Shown: positions 24,398 to 38,260, numbered from the whole stretch's first letter. The stretch is 62,931 bases of DNA, filler included, from Basidioascus undulatus (GCA_000826855.1; 11 parts of 11 records of this genome joined end to end with filler, not necessarily neighbours in it), one strand, 5' to 3'. Numbers and translations: made by a program. The notes: a model not told the origin generated them from the sequence alone.

Positions 24398-27201
24398 TCA
24401 GTCGTACACCCCTCCCCGCCCATGATACTCGAGGCTAGTCGCCCGCTCGAGCATCTCGTCGATCCTGTTCCTCAGCTGTTCCCTCCCCCCACCAACAATC
24501 AGCAACCTTCCTGCTCCGAACGCACAACATCCTCCCGAAGACTTACCTTCTGCACGATCCCCCTCCGCTCCAGCCACTCGAGCACCTGCCCCATGTCCTC
24601 CTCGCCCCGCTCGGGCAGCTGCACGCCCGCGCCGCCGCGGGCGCCCTGCCGCTTCTTGGCCGGCACCGCGAGCTTCCGGCGAAGGAGTTCGACCTCGGCG
24701 CGCAGCTCGTCGATGACCATGTACCGCCAGTGCGAGAAGCGGTGGAAGACCTCCGCGCGCGCGGAGCAGTACCGCCCGAGGAGGAAGGACTCCTCGCGCG
24801 GAAGCGGGCGGCGCTGCTTGAGCGGCTGCGGGCAGGTATCGGATGAGCGGAAAGGAAGGGGAAGAGCGAAATAAGAGGAGAGGAAGAGGGAGACAGAGGG
24901 AGACAGACCTTGAACGTGTCCTTGTTGTACGGGTCTCCGCTCACAGTCGCGCGGTACTTGCTCATCCGCCCCGAAATCCGACACGCCGCGCAGCCCGGCT
25001 CAGCCTCCTCCATCGTCTGGACGTCTATCTCCGGACGCGTGGCGAGGGCGGCGGTGAACCTTGATGCTCAAGTCAGTCAGTCAATCCGTCTTCTCGGAGA
25101 GAGGGCGGGGAAAGGGGAAATGACGCACCCGGGCGACCACACCTGCGACTGGACCTGCGCGTCCCGGACGGCATCGATCTTACGCGCTGCCTGGGTGAGC
25201 GCGGACTGGAAGTATTCGTCTGCTCGAAGGGCAGCACGTCAGCACGCGCGGGCTGTGGCTGTGGCGTGGGATGAGAAAGCGACGCACTGCCCTCGGCGCG
25301 CTTCACGAACTTCTTACCATCTACGACGAGGTGAAGGTAATACTGTTGCGACTCAGTGTCAGCAGCGCTCTGCATCCTTATCGTCAGAAATCCGAGGCAC
25401 ACCTGGACAACGACTTTCCACACATGCGTGAAGTTCTGGGCCTGCCTGAACTCGGCTGTTCCCGGGCGCCCATCTGCATCAGCGCCTGCGTCTCCCTCAG
25501 AAAGAACCAAAAAAGGCGCACCAGGCAGATCCACCTCCGTCCCTTCCTCATCGTCCGACGCGAGAAAGCTCTTCTCGAACTCCTCCTCATCCTCCTCTCC
25601 AGTTCCCGCACCTTCCTCGTCTTCGGAACCAGAGCCGGACCCGGACTCTGAGACGGCGGAGGAGGACAAGATGGACACGACGTCGGGGAGCTTGACGCCT
25701 TTCTTTTTGGCTTGGTTCTTGGCTAGAGGAGGGTGGAAGGGATGGGGTCAGCGAAAGAGGGGTGGGAAGAGGGACAATGGGAAGGGGGGAGGGGAAGGGA
25801 AAAGAATGAAAGGGAAGGGGGAAAGGGCAAGGGGAAAGGGAGAGAATAAGGCACCTTTCAGCAGCTCGAGCTTCTGCGAGTATGCGGACTGCTTCTTGGC
25901 AGGGCGGAGGCGGGACTCGACGGTCACCGACACTGCATACAACAACTTCATGTGAGAACGGTGCGCAGCAGAGAGAAAGTCTGGAGGAGCAGTAACGCAC
26001 CATCCGAGTCCAGCGACAAGTCATCCACATCCTCCGAGTTGGGCTCCGACCCCGAGCCGGACGCCGAGCGCGAGCGAGCGCGCGCGCGGAGCTTGCCCTT
26101 CTTGCGCGGGGGCGGGTCGGCGTCGGCGTCGGCGTCGGTGTCGTGGGAGGGGGAGGGCGACGCGCGCCGCGAAGGTTTGGATCGAGCGCGAGTGCGGCGG
26201 GGAGGAGCCTCGTCCTCTTCCTCGTCCGAGCTCGACAGCCGCGCTTTCGGCTTGCCCTTGCCCTTCCCTTTCCCCTTCCGCTTCGGCGTAAGCTCCTCCC
26301 CTTCCTCCTCCTCCTCCTCCGACGGGCTCGCCTCCCTCCGTCCCTTCCCCTTGCCCTTTCCGTTACGCCGCGAAGGGGCAGGCGGGGGCGGCTGCTCCTC
26401 CGACTCTTCGCTCTCCACTATCACTTTCCGGCGCTTCGAGGGCGAGGACGCGGGCGGTGGAGAGAGCTTGGCCGCTTTCGCGCGGCGCGCGGACTTGTTC
26501 GTCGGTGGCGGGGGAGTAGGAGGAGCAGGGGAAGAAGATTCGGATGGCGAAGGGGTGGGTGAGGAGGGGCGGCGCTTCGAAGAGCGGGTAGCGGGCGGCG
26601 AAGGGGACCGTTTCTTCTGCTTGCCCTTCGTCTTCCCGTTCGCACTAGCGATGGGGAACTTCGGCGCCAAAAAGACGTCCGCGCTCCCCTCCTCGTCCAG
26701 CTCGTCGTCGTATGACTCGCCTGCGCTCAGCGCAGCGGGCGGACCCTTCCGCCCGACCGGCTTCGTCGGCGTGCGCCGAGGCTTGCGCCGAGGCTTGCGC
26801 GCCGGCCCGTCGGACTGGCCGTCGGATGAGATTTCTATGGGCCCGCGGGCGGGACGCGTATGCGGGGAGGAGGCCGAGTCCGAGTCGGAGGATGAGGAGG
26901 ACGAGGAGGAGGAAGACGAGGAGGAAGAAGACGCGCGCCCCGCCGGCCCGCTCAGGATGAACGTCTCCATCCCCAGCCCATACTGCTCCGGATCGGACTC
27001 GTCCTCTTCGTCGTTGTTGGTCTGCGGGGTCGCCTGGGGTCGGCCAGACACGGAGGACGAGGGCGCGGGAGCCTGGGCTTTGGCGGGGGAGACGGTGGGC
27101 GAGGAGGAGGGCGCGTGGGTCTTGAGAGCTTCACGAAGGGTCAGCTGCCGCTTAGGGGTCGGCTTGGGCTTGGGTTTGGAGGAGAAATTGGATTTGGGCA
27201 T
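24398..27201 (-). CDS. DUF4211/CCDC82-like protein with a long low-complexity basic/acidic N-terminus
   Basis: 417-codon S/K/R/E-rich first exon; C-terminal CAACRISGRMS...SGDPYNKDTF and FLLGRYCSARAEVFHRFSHW; ends GGVYD*. Confidence 0.7.
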
Positions 27202-27549
27202 GGTCGACGGGAGGATAAGGAGGATGTGGTTGAGGGAGTGTGGACGCGCCTAAATCAACCTTGATGACATCGGCGTTAAGACGCGCCGCCGATTAAAAAG
27301 ATCATTGCGGCGCGTCCTTTTCGGGTACTCACATCCTTCAACCATTTCCGCTGAGAGCAAATCTTTGTATTTCATGATCTGATAGCCCCAGTCCCGTTTG
27401 AAAGGGAGGCCGCTTGCGGGCAGCGAGGCTAGCAGCCTCGAAAGTAGGACAACCACGTGACCTGTCCGACGCGACACCTCAAAAGTCAAAGCGTGGCTGC
27501 CCTCGTCCTTGGCCCTCTTCCTCCCATCCACCACCACCGCTCTAACCAC

Positions 27550-28502
27550 ATGGCGCAGACGTAAGTCCCCTGCAAGACCCTCAGCCGATCCAGCGATCCT
27601 GATGCTTGGTACCTACGCCGCAGCTTCACCCCGACCTCCGACATCTTCAGCTCCAATCCGAAGCTGTGGCCTTCGGAGCTGGCCATGCTCGATTGGGACT
27701 CGACGCAGGTACGCTTTCCACCCTCCCTCCCTCTCTTCTGTCCCCAACACAATTCCATCTTGAGCCTCATCTAGTGGATGGCCGCATCAGATCGTCTTTA
27801 CCAAGCGCGAGCTGCTCGACTTCCTCCGGTGCGCTCTACTCTCCTCTCATGCCCCGATCACCACTTCGACGCGGGACCTGATGGGCAGTGAGGGTATAGC
27901 ACCGCCGGCGTCTCCGTCTCTCCCGGCTTCAACGAGATCCAGAAGCTGCCCAGTCCGTCTGCTCCCCTCCCCTCTCCTCCCCTTCCCTGCCTACTCACCC
28001 GGGCCAACACACAGAGCACGCCCGGTTCTACGAAGCCTCTGCGGCACCGGAGCTCCCTCTCGCCGCTGAGCACGCTCAAGCAGCGACGAGTGCGTCCCCT
28101 CCTCCCTTATTACAAGCACTTCACCTGACGACCCGAGAGCAGCCACCACCGCCGTCCCTCTCTCCTCCACGCCCTCCTCCGAGCGCAACGCCTCCAACCG
28201 CTCCGACTCGATGCGCGACCTCTTCGCGGCCGCGTCGCTCGAGGACGCGGCGTCGCAGGCCCAGCCGGCGCCCGTGCAGCCGGCGCAGCCCGGGTTCAAG
28301 CCGACTCGGAAAGTCCGGGACCGTGCGTTTCCTTTCCTTTCCTATCTCCTTCGCTTTGGGGTTACCTCGAAGCTGAGCTGGTGGACGGACCGCAGCCCCC
28401 GGCGGACGCGGCGCAGGCCCCCTCTTCGGCGAGCCCGACGAAGAAGTCGTCGTCCCCCCTCCTCCTTCCGCCGCCGCCGCCCCTGCCTCCGAACCCGTTC
28501 CC
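27550..28502 (+). CDS. Uncharacterised spliced protein with an FKPTRKVRD-PGG motif, truncated
   Basis: Consistent GT-AG exon chain giving MAQTFTPTSDIF...IVFTKRELLDFLRTAG...FKPTRKVRD...PGG. Confidence 0.6.
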
Positions 28503-28602
28503 NNNNNNNNNNNNNNNNNNNNNNNNNNNNNNNNNNNNNNNNNNNNTTAATTAATTAANNNNNNNNNNNNNNNNNNNNNNNNNNNNNNNNNNNNNNNNNN
28601 NN

Positions 28603-29468
28603 GGGAAGAGATAAGTCGAAGTGGGGATTGGGGTGAGGGGGAGGAGGGCGCACTGGGAGTTGATCAGCCTGAGAGGGCGTGCGAAAGTGGGTTGTTAGCG
28701 ATAAGGAAGCAGGGCGATAAGGAGGCGGGGGGGTAAGGGAGGATCAATAGACGCACAGAGCAGACTTCTGCGTAGTGGTAGCATAAACGTCGATAACACG
28801 CTCATACGTGTCGAGGAACTCGCTGTTGATAGCGCACCGCTCCGCCGTAAGGGAGTAGAGGAGCTACGCCGGCGTACACCCACCCATTGCTCAGCAACCC
28901 CGCCTTGCCCAGTATTCCGACATGGAACAAGAAAGGAAGACGTACCACAGACCGTGCGCCCCGATCGCGCGCGTACGAGAACACGTCGTACTCGGAGGTG
29001 GTCTGCGTCGCGTTTGCATCGCACGAGATGAACGCGATCCAGGGCACCCCGGACCCGCGCTGGTGCGTCGCGTTGTACTCGGTAAAATGCACAATCGAGC
29101 CCTGTTCACATCATTCCCACAGAGTCCACCAGTGAGTCGTTATGATCGGGAGAGGGAAGTGGGAAGAACGGTAAACGCACAGAAGTCGTCCCGTTTGATT
29201 CCTCGCCAGCCATCTGGAGCGACACGCGGCGATCCGAGTAATCGCGCCCGCCCGTCCGGAGCGCAAGGGTCGACCGCGCATCCTCTGCATCGTCCAGAGG
29301 TGTCTGCGAATCGAATCAACCAACAGTCGCCCAATCCACTGTCAGCAGCTGTGTGTGATCGGCCGGGGCAGCGCGGCGCACATTGACGGGTTGCGCGGGG
29401 ACGTAAGCCGTCGCCTGGTGCACTACCAGCGCAGCGGCGAGGAGGCAGATCCGAAATAGTCGGGTCAT
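28603..29468 (-). CDS. Secretory-pathway membrane protein, luminal N-terminus resembling basidiomycete RING E3 ligases; 3' truncated
   Basis: Signal peptide then YVPAQPVN; VHFTE...PWIAFISCDANAT...DVFSYARDRGA..LLYS; the RING domain itself is not in the window. Confidence 0.6.
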
Positions 29469-30088
29469 GATGGAGTGGATCGCAGGGTGCTGTAGACGCT
29501 GAGGAGGTAGGGAGGACGAGTGGACGGTGTGGAGCGGGACGCGAAGGTCGTTGGATCGCCCGCCGCAGCGAGTGCGGCCGCCTAGGGAGGTTAGGCTGAG
29601 TATCGGCTAGATCAGACTGCCGGCCTGCACGGCTGCGCGCTGGGGGCCGTTATTGCGGTATAGAGGGGCGGAAGCGAGGAAAAGGAAGGACGAAAGGATG
29701 AGCAGCGCTGTGTGGGATGGAATAAAGAGCAAGGCCTTGCTCACAGTCCCGATTCAGCGGCACACCAGCCGGAAGAGCCGTTCATGGGCTCTGTCCGCTT
29801 TCGATTGGCACCCGTTGCACCTGTGTGGAGTTTTCAACGTACATTATTTCTGGTAAGGAATACTTGTCTACAACTTCCGGTTATGCCCTGTGCCAGTAAC
29901 AGCCTGCCGCAATTTGGCGCTGTAAGGAGCTGAGCCTAACTGGCTGCCTGTACTCCCTTCAGCTTGCGACCTGGACGCGTCGAGCGTCACGCCGTCAACC
30001 GCATCTCACCACACCCATCATCTGTGCACTGCTAACAAAGAGCTTGACCCTCATTTACTCTCTCCAAACCCTATACTGATCGTCTGGC

Positions 30089-32335
30089 ATGCGCCGGGCG
30101 AGCACACGCTCAATCCCGTCGGGGCAGGCGGAGGAGGACGAGCATGAGCTGGATCAGATCAGGTGCGCTGCCCAGCGCCCATATCAGGCTGCCTGGACAC
30201 TGACTCTGGCGTTGTAGACGCTATGAGGACTTCACTACAGTCGGTGTGCCTCGCCCATCCCATAGCACCATCTCCCGCGCGCACTGAGCCCCTCTCCTGC
30301 ACAAACCAGACTGGATCCAAGACTCTCTCCAACTGGTCCCTCCCTCCTCCTCGCACCCTCTCCTCCGTCTCCTGCAGCCCATCTCCTCCTGGCTCGTCTT
30401 CTCCCTGGTCGGGGCGCTCATCGGGCTGAACGCCGCGCTCGTCGCGCTGATCACCGAGTGGGGGTCGGACTTCAAGAACGGGCGGTGCCGGGGCGCGTGG
30501 TGGCTGAACGCAAAGTTCTGCTGCTGGGAGATCGACGAGTCCGTCACCGGCGGCGGGTGGGGCGACGGCGGCGAGGGGACGTGCAGCGAGTGGCGCGAGT
30601 GGAGCGCCTGGGCGGGCGTCGGGTGGGTCGTGTATGTTGCGTTTGCGGTACGTCGACTCCCATGCATTCGAAGTCACCTGCTACGTCATCTCGTTGATTA
30701 GACTGTCCTGTGAGAGTTGAAGCGCTGATGGGTGCGATGTTGTGTTCGTGGGGCATAATGGACCCAACAGGCTGCATTCGCCTTCGTCGCGGCGTTCCTC
30801 GTTCGCGCCTTCGCGCCCTACGCCGCAGGGTCAGGCATCTCCGAGATCAAGTGCATCATCGCCGGGTTCTCCATCAAGGGTTTCCTGGGATCATGGACGC
30901 TGGGGATCAAGTCCATCACGCTGGTGCGCCATCTCCCCTCGCCATGCCTCCCGCACGCAGCGCACTCACGCAGTCCGGGAACTCTCCCTCGCTCGGCTAC
31001 GCGATCTGTTTGTGTTCGAACAGCCCCTCACCATCGCCTCCGGCCTCAGCGTGGGCAAAGAAGGTCCATCCGTGCACGTCGCATGCTGCATCGGCAACGT
31101 TGTGGCCCGCCTCTTCCCCGTCTTCAACCGGAGCAAAGGTGCACCTCCACCCCACCACCCCACCACTTCCCGCTCCCACCGCCTGTCCACCTGCTGACAC
31201 CCTGCCCTTCCTTCGCGGTCCACAGCCAAGATGCGCGAGATCCTCACCGCCGCGTCCGCAGCGGGCGTGGCCGTCGCGTTCGGGTCGCCTATCGGCGGGG
31301 TGATCTTCTCGATCGAGGTCCGTCCTCCTCTTCTCCTCCCCTCCCCTAGCCACGCCGGTTGATAGTATCAACTTGACGCAGGAAATGTCGCACAACTTCA
31401 CGATCAAGACAATGTGGCGCTCCTTCTTCTGCGCGCTCGTCGCGACCGTCACGCTCTCCGTGCGTCCACGCCTCCTGCTCCCTTCCCGAAGAGTGTTGTG
31501 TGACACTCGCCCGGCACAGGCGATGAACCCCTTCCGCACGGGCAAGCTCGTGCTCTTCCAAGTGTCATATGACCGCGACTGGCACTTTTTCGAGATCATC
31601 TTCTTCATCATCATCGGTATCTTTGGGGTGCGTCCTTGTCTCCCTCTCCTTCTCCCTTCCCTTCCCCCATCCTCCCATCCTCCCATCCTCCCTTCTTCCC
31701 CTTCCTCCCTTCCTCCTTTCCTCTTCCTTTGCCCCACCTTCGCTCACATGCGCACGCTCGCGCAGGGCCTCTACGGCTCCCTCGTAATCAAGCTGAACCT
31801 CCAAGTGGCGTCCTTCCGGCGGAAGCACCTCGCCGCGCACGGCGTCGCGGAGGCCGTGACGCTCGCGGCACTCACCGCGATGGTCGGGTACTTCAACAAG
31901 TTTATCCGCATCGACATGACGCAGAGCATGGAGATCTTGTTTCGTGAGTGCGAGGGTGGGGGGGATTATGATGGGCTGTGCCAGTGCGTTTCCCCCCTTC
32001 CCCTTCCTCACACCCTACCCCATCACCCTCCCTTCTTCTCCTCTCTTCCTTTCTGAGAGGAACAGGCGTTGATTGCTGGAATTGGGTTGATGGTGGTGCA
32101 AAGGACGACCTCCCAATGGCGGATGGTCAACTCGCTCCTCCTCGCAACCGTCATCCGGACCTGCCTCATCGTCATCTCCTACGGCGCCAAGGTCCCCGCG
32201 GGCATCTTTGTCCCCTCCCTCGCAGTTGGCGCGACGTTCGGGCGCATGGTCGGGATCCTCGCGAAGGCGCTGTACCAGTGTGTCTCTATCTTCCTCCACG
32301 CAGCCACTACCGCAGAGTCATTCACCTTAGGGAAG
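30089..32335 (+). CDS. CLC-family chloride channel/H+ antiporter (Gef1/ClC-3-like), 3' truncated
   Basis: [49 protein letters not shown] signatures. Confidence 0.95.
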
Positions 32336-32607
32336 NNNNNNNNNNNNNNNNNNNNNNNNNNNNNNNNNNNNNNNNNNNNTTAATTAATTAANNNNNNNNN
32401 NNNNNNNNNNNNNNNNNNNNNNNNNNNNNNNNNNNCGTATGTGGGGGAGGATGGAGGGAGGGGGAAGAGGAATAGGGAGGGTGAAGAAGGAGGAAGGGAG
32501 GAAGGGAGGAAGGAAGGAAGGGAGGAGAGGGAGGGAAGAGGAGAAAGGAGAAGTGCTGCTATGGTCGCAAATTTTTCTTAGGGTTCAATTTTCAGAGCAC
32601 ATCACAG

Positions 32608-32690
32608 TCTCCGGTAGTATAGTGGCTAGTATATCACCTTGTCATTCAACCTGACCGCGGGCGACCCGGGTTCAATTCCCTGCCGGAGAG
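32608..32690 (+). tRNA. tRNA-Asp(GTC) with an intron of about 11 nt; anticodon stem degenerate (possible pseudo-tRNA)
   Basis: Perfect acceptor stem TCTCCGG/CCGGAGA, A box TAGTATAGTGG, B box GGTTCAATTCC, GTC anticodon. Confidence 0.8.
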
Positions 32691-32759
32691 TTTCTTTCGT
32701 CCGGTCGCAGCTTGTGGTTGAGAACTCATTTTTGACCCTTACTTACCCTGACCCTTATC

Positions 32760-34150
32760 CTTGTTGATTGGGTTGTTGCTTAAGTTCGATCCTAAATCAC
32801 AGCGCTTTAATCGGCTCCAAATCTCCTAACAGCGCCTCCTCCCGCAATGGTGCATCTCGCTGCTGCCACAAACGGTCCAGTGTCTCCCGCTGTTGGCCGC
32901 TCTCCAACGAGCCACACGCTGCTGACTTCACTTCATCTTCAGCAATCACTTGCCGTAGACGATCAGATACGTATCTGGAGATGGCCAAGGCGCTGTGAGT
33001 GTTTTCGCACCATGGGCCTTCCTATTTCTTTCACCCCGTACTTCAATAGCAACGCCCTGGAGACCCATCAACGAAATTGTCGTAGAAAATACCTGTCCTG
33101 GTTCTCAAATGAGTACTCACACAAGGCGTGCAAGAATTCCTGAATTGGTCACGCCAAGGCCTCGTCTTCGCGTGTCGTTGGCAGCCAGAGCACGGAGTCG
33201 GGGCAGTCGTTGCGAGCCTTTCGTGATGTGTTTTCGATGTGTTTTGCAATAGCTGCATTCGTTCCAGGGTTTGATGCGGAACTGTGCCACTTGACTGTCG
33301 CCTTTTTTCCACACTGCTGGGCTCACGTTGGCTCGAGATGCTCAGAGTAGTGCGCACGTCAGCTTCACTTTGTACACGACACGTTGGTGGTCTCGATAAA
33401 ACGGCATTAAGTGGATCGACTGGACAATATCACTACATATTGGGTGTTCTTGCTCTTACTTGCGGAGAAGCAGACTTGAGAAATGCGCCGCCGCGAAGCG
33501 CTTCCATCTCACTCTCACACTTGCCTCTCAAACCAATGCACGCATTTTGATGCCTTCCATTGAGCGCTCATTTTGTAATTGCCCTAGCCTTGCTCTGGTC
33601 CATCCACTCTTTTCACGTGCTTCAAGCTTTGTGCAGTCCTCGAGATTGGAAAACGTGTGTCAAGCATCGTACACCGGTAGTTTCAAGCTCGTCATCGGGT
33701 ACACCCGTTGCCAGGAGCAGCCGCTTGTTTCAGGATCTTGAGTCAGCCGTCTGCATTTTTAGACCGTAAGTACTGGGGGCCAAACCGAAGAGGGACGTTC
33801 GCCAAGCTACACTCACCGAGCATTCCCACGCCGACCACCATGCAAAGAACCCAAACCCACACCGACCTTTCGTTGCACAGCTTTTGGTTGGAGAGCAAGT
33901 GAAGTTAGCCCGAATTGTTGGAACAAAATCACAAATTGGATCAACGTAGGAGGGCGCTGATCGCGATGCCGAACATCGCACCGACGTAAAGGACACACGC
34001 CACCGCCGCAATTAGAAAGGCGAACGCATAGCCAAACACCTGCCAGTCCTCGAGGGGGATGAAGCCCGTCCAAAGACACGATAGGTACTGGTGGGAATGC
34101 GGAGACGAGGCGGTGGTCGAGTGAAGAGAGGAGCAAGCACGTAGGTGCCT
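32760..34150 (-). mobile_element. Possible decayed retroelement (gag-like) relic beside the tRNA
   Basis: Lower GC and broken frames; knuckle-like CSYCKTHRKH; no RT or integrase motif seen. Confidence 0.25.
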
Positions 34151-35111
34151 GTTCTACCCGTGGGCAAGTACCGCTCGGCGCGTCCCTGATTTCCTAGATC
34201 ACGCCTTGCGGTGCCTGGGTGTCTTAAAGTGTGTCTGCTCTGTTTGAGTCGCCTCTACGCAAGGAATGTCCAGTCTTCGCTGCGGCGACGCTCGGCCGAG
34301 TTGGCTCCACCTCGGACCCGAAATGGGAGTCTCCCGTGCCCTTTGTCCCTTTATGCACGGCAAGCACTAACACACCAGCCCAGCATCACCATTAACTTGA
34401 CAAACTGAACAAATTCATGGAGAGGAAACAAGACTAAATCGCTTATCGCCTCTAACTCCTATCTCAGACGACGAACAGTCCCGAGAGTACGCATGTTCCA
34501 GAGCAGGTTGTGGTTCTCTACGTAGGACAAATTTTCCTATATACTGAAAGCACCTAATACTCCCATCGTTCGCCTCATGACTTCGGAATCCGCCATTATC
34601 GAACACTGGACCGAGGCTCATCGTCTCGTCTCCTGTTTCTATTTCTACAATATCGGCGCAGCCTATCTGAACCCGGCCCAGACGAGCTCCATCGACGAAA
34701 CTTGGCGAGCACGAGGCTTTGGAGAAGTCGACGTATGCGTAAGGAGTGTCTGTCGAGTGTCCAGTACTTCTTCGTGTCATGCCACGGCAGAGTTTCTGAG
34801 AAGGCATAGCGTATCGACAGAGTCCTGTGGACTAACAGATATTCGCAGGAAAGGGGGAGAGCGATCGATGCGATCGATACGAGCGGCGTTGACCTGAAAG
34901 CACGCAGCCTACTTTCGTGACTTGCTTTCGCAACGAGCGCACTTCCACAGAACAAGACACCTTCAATAAGGGACACAGGGTCCAAGTTGTATGGGATAAT
35001 ATAACACGGCTTCTCGAAATAAAGACACTCCAAACAACAAACGAAGGCGATTACAAGCTCCCTCCTTTCGACCCCAAACGACTTCTCCGAGCTGCTCGAG
35101 ACGCCCCACGC

Positions 35112-36071
35112 CTAGGCAGACTTGGTGGGAGGGTATTGCCCCCTGCGCGCGTCCTCCTCGAGCTCGAGCTCCTGGCTGTGGAGATGGGGCGACGTGTAAG
35201 CCGTACCTTCGTGCGAGGTCTCAAGAAGAACACGAAGCGCACTGGTCCTGCGTCATCTGACAAGGCGTGCAGCACCACGCGCCCACTGTCGAGGTCGATC
35301 GCGAGGATCAGCATAGCCCGAGAGAAGGGATGAGAAACTAGGGAGTAGCCACTGCAGTCCTCGCATCCGTCCCCGGCGACGTGGTAGCGCTTGCGGACCT
35401 CGTTGCGGTTGACGATTTGGAGGACCCAGCCCGCGCCGAAGCAGGAGGTGAGGAGGCAGTGGACCCACGCTGTTCCCGCCCAGCCAACGTTCAGCCGGAC
35501 AAGATCTCGTCGCGCTGAGGAGGAGGGAAACAGAGGGAGAGAACGCACTGTTCGACCCGCACGACTCGCCGCCGTCGGGGTGCGGCTGGTTCGTGTCGTT
35601 CAGGTGCTGGAGGCGTGTGCGGACTTGGCCGTAGGCGATGCACGGGCAGCTGCGGAGAGAGACCAAGGGCTTCAGTGGTTCGTTCGACGGGGGGACGCGG
35701 GGAGGCGGTGTTGGGTGGGGAGGGAAGAAAAGAACACGACGACTCACCACCACGAAAGCAGGAAAAACCCGGGGGCGTTGCAGCACGAGCAGAAGCCGTT
35801 CGAGAACTCGCGCTCGCCCTTCGCGTCGACGGGCTTCTGGGCGGCGTTGAGCGGGCTGTCGGTACCCTCCTCCCACCTTTGAGCACGATGACCGGGGGTG
35901 TAAAGGAAGGAGGATGACAACGCACTTGAACTGCATCGCCCCTATCGTCGACACCGGCTGCGACGTGACCATTGGCAGGGCGGGCAAGCCCTCGTTGCGC
36001 TGCTCGCTGCTGGGCAGGAAGGCCGGCGGGAGCAGGGGGAGCGGCGGGCAGGGGAGCTTCTCGCTGGACAT
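35112..36071 (-). CDS. PLAC8-family cysteine-rich membrane protein
   Basis: CPCIAYGQVRTRL, WVLQIVNRNEVRKRYHVAGDGCEDC, AWCCTPCQMTQ..QELELEE; ends TKSA*. Confidence 0.9.
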
Positions 36072-37044
36072 GGCGGTTGGTGGTGCTGGGCTGAGGACGG
36101 TGAAAGGAGTGTAAAAGGGTGTAAAAGGGGGTGGCGATTCGCAGCCGAGGTGAACGTCGAATGCAGTGNNNNNNNNNNNNNNNNNNNNNNNNNNNNNNNN
36201 NNNNNNNNNNNNTTAATTAATTAANNNNNNNNNNNNNNNNNNNNNNNNNNNNNNNNNNNNNNNNNNNNGGGCGGGAGAGGGAGAGGGAGAGGGATGAGAA
36301 AGGGTTGATATTGTTTTCGATGTGACATGATTGACTGTACTGGATATGGCTCGAGCTTCCGCGATCTACTCGGACGTCGAGCGTCTGTCTTTTATTGGTC
36401 TCGCTGTACACGGCGACGTGCGCGGCGCCGGAGCATCTTGTATCGGAGCGAGCGCATACACGAGCATTCATTCATGTCACGCCGGGATGTTCCGTCGGCG
36501 ACTTGTCACCGTAGCCCTGGCTTCCTCTGTCTGAAGGATTTCCCCATTCACCTTGCCAAAGTTGCTTCATTTGACGCGCATCTCGTGGTCCTGGCAGACA
36601 GCTTGGCAGCACTCCAGCCCGCCGACTCGACAGAGCTCACCTCCCTCCTCTCGTCCCCTTCATCCCCGCCATTCTACTTCCTTTCCCCACCTCTTACATC
36701 CCTTCCCAGACCGCTTTTCGGGTTCTCACCGCAAACACAATGGCCGTCGACCCTCGCTCCATCGAGGAATACACCCGTCGCCTCGTGGCGGGCATCCTGG
36801 CCTACGCCATGGAGTACCCCGGGCCGGAGGCCTAACTTCTCGAGCTGTTCATTTGGCCCTTGTCATCTCCGATGCAACTGATGTCCCCGACCGCGCGGTA
36901 GCAGACGAGATCGTGCAGCGCTTGAGTGTAAGAGTGGCGTGCTACGGTTGCGGCGCTACCACGCTACTTGATTCCCCTCCTCCTCCTCCCCGTTTCATGC
37001 ACTCAGACCTGCAGATTTCTTCTCCTTCCATCCTCCACACCGCA

Positions 37045-37428
37045 TTATCCAGGAACCCCAATCCAACCTCCCCACCATGTCGGCCCACTCTTCTGCGGCG
37101 TCTGCTCAGCGCCTTTCTGCACCCCTTGAGCCCGACTCCTCCTCCCGAGCTCACTTCCGAAGACAAGGCGTTCCTTTCGAATGCGGTGCAGATCAAGTCG
37201 GACAGCAGAAGGGAGCGCGTTGCGGACGAGGCGGGAGAGGCTGGTCAGAGCGAGGAGGTCGGCTGTGAGCGTCTCCGCGGGCTCGATGCGCAGGTGGTCG
37301 AGGATGCAAGAGAAGACGTCGAGATCGAGGCATTCGAAGATGGAGAGGGCTTTCGGTAAGGCTCCGAAGAAGTGGTCGGGACTGACTGTCGAGCTTAGGG
37401 TCGGGAGCCTTGGAAGCACTTCAAACAC
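37045..37428 (-). pseudogene. F-box-like N-terminal fragment, probably degenerate
   Basis: IFECLDLDVFSCILDHL...DLLALTSLSRLVR resembles an F-box helix pattern; early stop. Confidence 0.35.
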
Positions 37429-37490
37429 TATTAGAAGATACTCTCCAAAATTAAAGTGGTAGCTAGAGCCTCACACACCTTCCCGGGTGC

Positions 37491-38260
37491 TTAAGCCACT
37501 CCCTCCGCCTGATGCCACCCGACAGGCTCGAACTGCGCGGCAGCCTTCCTCCCCAGCTGCACGCAGCGGTTCTCGTCGAGGTATATGGGCCCGAGGATTC
37601 GCACGGAAGCGTTGACTTCGAGCTGCGACGCGATCTCCGCGATGGCCGTGAGCGTCTCGGGCGACTTGAGGTCCGACAGCCCGGTCAGACTGAGAAGGAT
37701 GTCCGCGCAGGCGGAGTGGGAGAAGGGCGCGCGCCGATGTCGAATGCGCCGAAGCGCCCGGACTTATAGTTTAAGACAGTCCTCCAAATATGAGCGCTCA
37801 AACAAAAAGACACCTCTGAGACGAGCATGACTTGCAGGAAGTTCACCGTAGCGCCCCCCCTCCCCCCCGCGTCTTTTTGGGGACGAGTAGCGAACACTCC
37901 TTCCGCACAGGCACAGCCAAAAATATGCTCGCTGCCTGCTTTCAGCCTGCCTCTGCGGTCTTCGCGCAGCGTGTCTTCGCGCAGTGTCTCTGGGACGTCC
38001 GCCTCCCTAACGAGCGGGGACATGAGTCACTGCAAAGCACCCCAGGGGACTGGTACTCGCACAAGCTAGACATCCGTTCCATGCCGCAGTTCAACGCCCG
38101 CTCGCGCGCGTCTTCGATGTCGCGCAGACCTTCGCCCGCCTCTTCGCGTGGCGGGACACCTGGCCAGCGCTCTCTGCGCACGTCTGCAAGCTGCGCTACC
38201 TGCCCGTTCAGAACTTCCGGGAGTTGTACGGGAAGAGGCAGGGAAGCGGTTGGAGGACGC
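37491..38260 (-). CDS. Uncharacterised coding-like segments, possibly degenerate
   Basis: Codon-biased stretches (GLRDIEDARERALNCGMER; ADILLSLTGLSDLKSPETLTAIAEIASQL...EGVA*) in shifting frames. Confidence 0.35.

Noticed and set aside
25952..27253. 433-aa plus-strand ORF, and similar long ORFs at 8115-9236, 10374-11138 and 1695-2969
   Set aside because: Antisense shadows of GC-rich coding exons with no independent protein features
32730..32760. ACCCTTA-like repeats as telomeric sequence
   Set aside because: Only two or three degenerate units, internal to the contig
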